From: the human T2T-CHM13v2.0 reference genome, Homo sapiens
Strand: one strand, 5' to 3'
Assembly: GCF_009914755.1 (NCBI RefSeq)
Contig: NC_060947.1
Length of the DNA: 64,000 nt
Of the stretch, positions 60,803-64,000 are shown piece after piece; within the stretch, counting starts at the first letter, position 1; every line of letters starts with the position of its first letter. The notes beneath the pieces are model-generated. The model was not told the origin of the DNA. It worked only from the letters and a program-made list of their open reading frames with translations, and searched no databases. Both the position numbers and the translations under genes were made by a program.

Positions 60803-60930
60803 TTCTACTTATAGTCAAACAAAAAGAGCTGAGAAGTTTTTTTTAACCATTTCCCCACAATATTTGGCTTAAGAATACCTCTCAGCTCTTTTTGTTAGAC
60901 TATAACTAGAAACCTTTTCCCCACAATATT
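60803..60930. repeat. Inverted repeat (32-bp arms, 2 mismatches) plus a 20-bp direct repeat
   Basis: 60803-60834 vs reverse complement of 60880-60911. 60845-60864 vs 60911-60930 match at 19/20. Confidence 0.92.
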
Positions 60931-61239
60931 CTTTAAAGATCAAGAAACTAAATACATAATAAAGGAATGGGAGGAAGGCCCCAAATACATATTATAATGT
61001 CCTGGGAAATAATTGCAATTATAATGAAGATGTAAATTGTTTTATAAAACCCTATATGCAATGCATATTTCATACAAAAGGAGCCTACTAAAGAGGAATG
61101 GCCCAGGGAATGTTGTGTTGAAAGGGAATATTTGTAGTGGAAAATAAATAACTTCAGAAGCAAAGGCCCTTGGGTAAAAGGAATCAATATTCCATGAAGC
61201 ATTCAGCCTGAAAGATTCATACCCTCATTCCAAGCATCC

Positions 61240-61422
61240 TGGTTGTGTTTCTAAAAAGGGGTTCAAATAACATGTCTTCTGGTACCACCAGGTGTGCTTG
61301 TTAAAAATGCAGATTCCTAGGCCCATGTATCAATCAGAGTTTCGAAAGTAAGGGCCAGGAAATTCAATTTTAACAAGTAATTGTGATGATTTTTATGCGT
61401 TTCAAAATTAGAGAGTCACTAA
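61240..61422. mobile_element. MER5A-like hAT-Charlie MITE
   Basis: 'gcttgttaaaaatgcagattcctaggccc...aatcaga...ttttaacaag'. Confidence 0.75.
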
Positions 61423-61985
61423 TTTAGAGAAAGAAACTCATCCTCCACTACCATCACAGAGGGAAGTCACATGCAATAACAGTTTCAGAATGTAGCATGG
61501 AAGATCCTGTATTAAACTTTAAAGCAACAATTATGAGAAACCTAATTTCTGTGTTAAACAACCTCTTGTAACATAGATAAGAGAAACAAAAATGGTAGCA
61601 GCAACATTAGAAACATTCTACTATTCAGAGGCAAAACTCAAAACTTTTAGCAACTGTTAGGGAATTCTCCTGTTTTTAGTAATTGCAGATATAATTTGTG
61701 AACTCTGTTCAACTGTCACATCTGTAGATACCAGGAAGTTAAAAGACTGTAGCAGACATATTTGGCCAGCTACCCAGAAACTACAGCCCTCCTCCCTTCA
61801 ATACACACATCCTTTCTCCCTTAGTGAGAACCAGAATATGTTCCATTATCAGCCTCTTCTTGAGTAGAATCTATGCCTCTCCTTAACATCAGGGATGAAT
61901 CTTTGTTATCCCATTCTAATCAAGATAATTATATTACCTTCATTAGTTATTAGTTGAGGAAAAGACATGAATAGAATTTTGATGG

Positions 61986-62614
<629 letters not shown>

Positions 62615-62792
62615 ACTATGACGAATGAAGCAATAAAGAAAATCTGTGAGGAGCTTCTAAGAATAATCTCCTTTGTATTCTGGCTTCTAGACACTGTTTT
62701 GTGGGCTATGATGCTTGAATCTATGGTAACTCTTTTGCAAACATAAAAAAACAAGACGAGAGACAAAAATAAATACTATATTATAAGGATTG

Positions 62793-62950
62793 AAAAGAGA
62801 GAGGGATGAGGGGAGGGAGAGAAGAAGGAAGGGGAGAGAGAGGGAAGAGGGTGCAAGGGGAAGGGGAGGGGGAGGAAAATGGAAAGAGGGAGATGGAGGC
62901 AGAGAGGGAGAGAAAAAGATTGAGAGAAAGACAAAGAGAGATTAGAAAGA
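62793..62950. repeat. GA-rich polypurine tract within a probable old ERVL LTR (LTR16/LTR33-like, about 61750-63000)
   Basis: Near-pure purine run. The LTR call is from weak motif resemblance only. Confidence 0.7.
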
Positions 62951-64000
62951 ATTAGGGCCCTTGGTGGTATATATGAACCCCTGAGTTAACCCTTTAACTA
63001 CTCTACCACATGATTGTGCAGGTCCTTTGGGCAATGAAGGACTCCTGTGGGTTTCTTCCTTTACTGACGGGATGTTTCTAGATAAAGAAGGTGACGTGGT
63101 CTCTTTTCCCTGTAAACACGCTTGTATCTAGGCCTCTTTGTAAACAGACTAATAATATTTGCTAGAATAAAAGGTCCTGACATCTAGAATGTTCTTAGCA
63201 GGATGTGCCCAGCTAAGAATTATTAATAACAAATAAACCCATAATCTGTGGAACTGTGAGGCATATGTCCCTCAAATATACTGCCTAAGTCAAAGTCTAA
63301 AATGAAGCTATTTCATAGTCTAACCACTTCCTTGCTTATAAGGTAATATGTGAACCTTATTTGAAAACTCTTTGATTACTGTGCATGTCCAATGCAGGAA
63401 GAAAAGTCCTGGGGAGCCGCACAGGATGTCCAAGACTTCTACCTGATTTGTTTGATCCTCCTTTTCATCTGCATCCTCGATATTATTAATAATGGTGATA
63501 CTGGGTAAAACCTTTACTTCAGATGATTCTGATTTGATAATCTTATCCTTTATATTGGCTCATCCTATTAAGTAAGAGAATAATTTTTTGTTGTTTTTCA
63601 TGTCATTTCAAATTGTGTCTTCTGCATATCAATTGTGATTCTTCCCATGGAAAGTAATGAGATTGCAATAGCCAGTGAAAGAAGTTAAGCATTAATGAGA
63701 CATACAAGATAAACAAGGAAAACAAAAGAAGCAGAGAGAAATCTAACTGAGGAACTTCTCTAGCTAAGAATTTCATCAATAGCCAGTAAGAAGACATTGT
63801 TAATTATCACAATAAAGTTATACCTATATTTTTAAAAATTTACTATTAGATATTCTTTGGGTTTTCTCCCATCAAGCAAACATGTGATCTATTTTTCTCC
63901 AACTTACACAGATGGGTCCCTATTGTTTTGACCAGAGATGATGGTACCATATCTGGATACGTGACAAAAGGTGAGCCTATCAGTTACTCTTCTCTGTGAA

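Overview
AT-rich, CpG-poor primate genomic DNA, probably catarrhine (human or ape) given AluJ/S/Y, L1PA, THE1, HSMAR2 and Tigger1 elements. It looks intronic or intergenic. I found no host protein-coding exon, RNA gene or processed pseudogene I can support, and every ORF in the supplied track that I could assign derives from a transposable element or is a chance frame. Roughly half or more of the window is recognisable TE sequence: many L1s of different ages, about 10 Alus, a nearly complete THE1C provirus, solo MaLR/MLT LTRs, a near-full-length Tigger1, HSMAR2, Arthur1, MER2 x2, Tigger4a, MER5A, L2 and MIR. I did not find a convincing new biological system. The notable signals are insertion and repair scars: four separate 5'-inverted (twin-primed) L1 insertions, two of them about 20 bp apart in one host; a likely 3' transduction; a chimeric Alu marking a deletion; a 144-bp templated duplication beside a decayed 23-bp repeat; and an A-B-A'-B hairpin-plus-duplication in unique DNA at 60.8 kb. 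Subfamily names come from my recollection of consensus sequences, not from a search, and boundaries of old elements are approximate.
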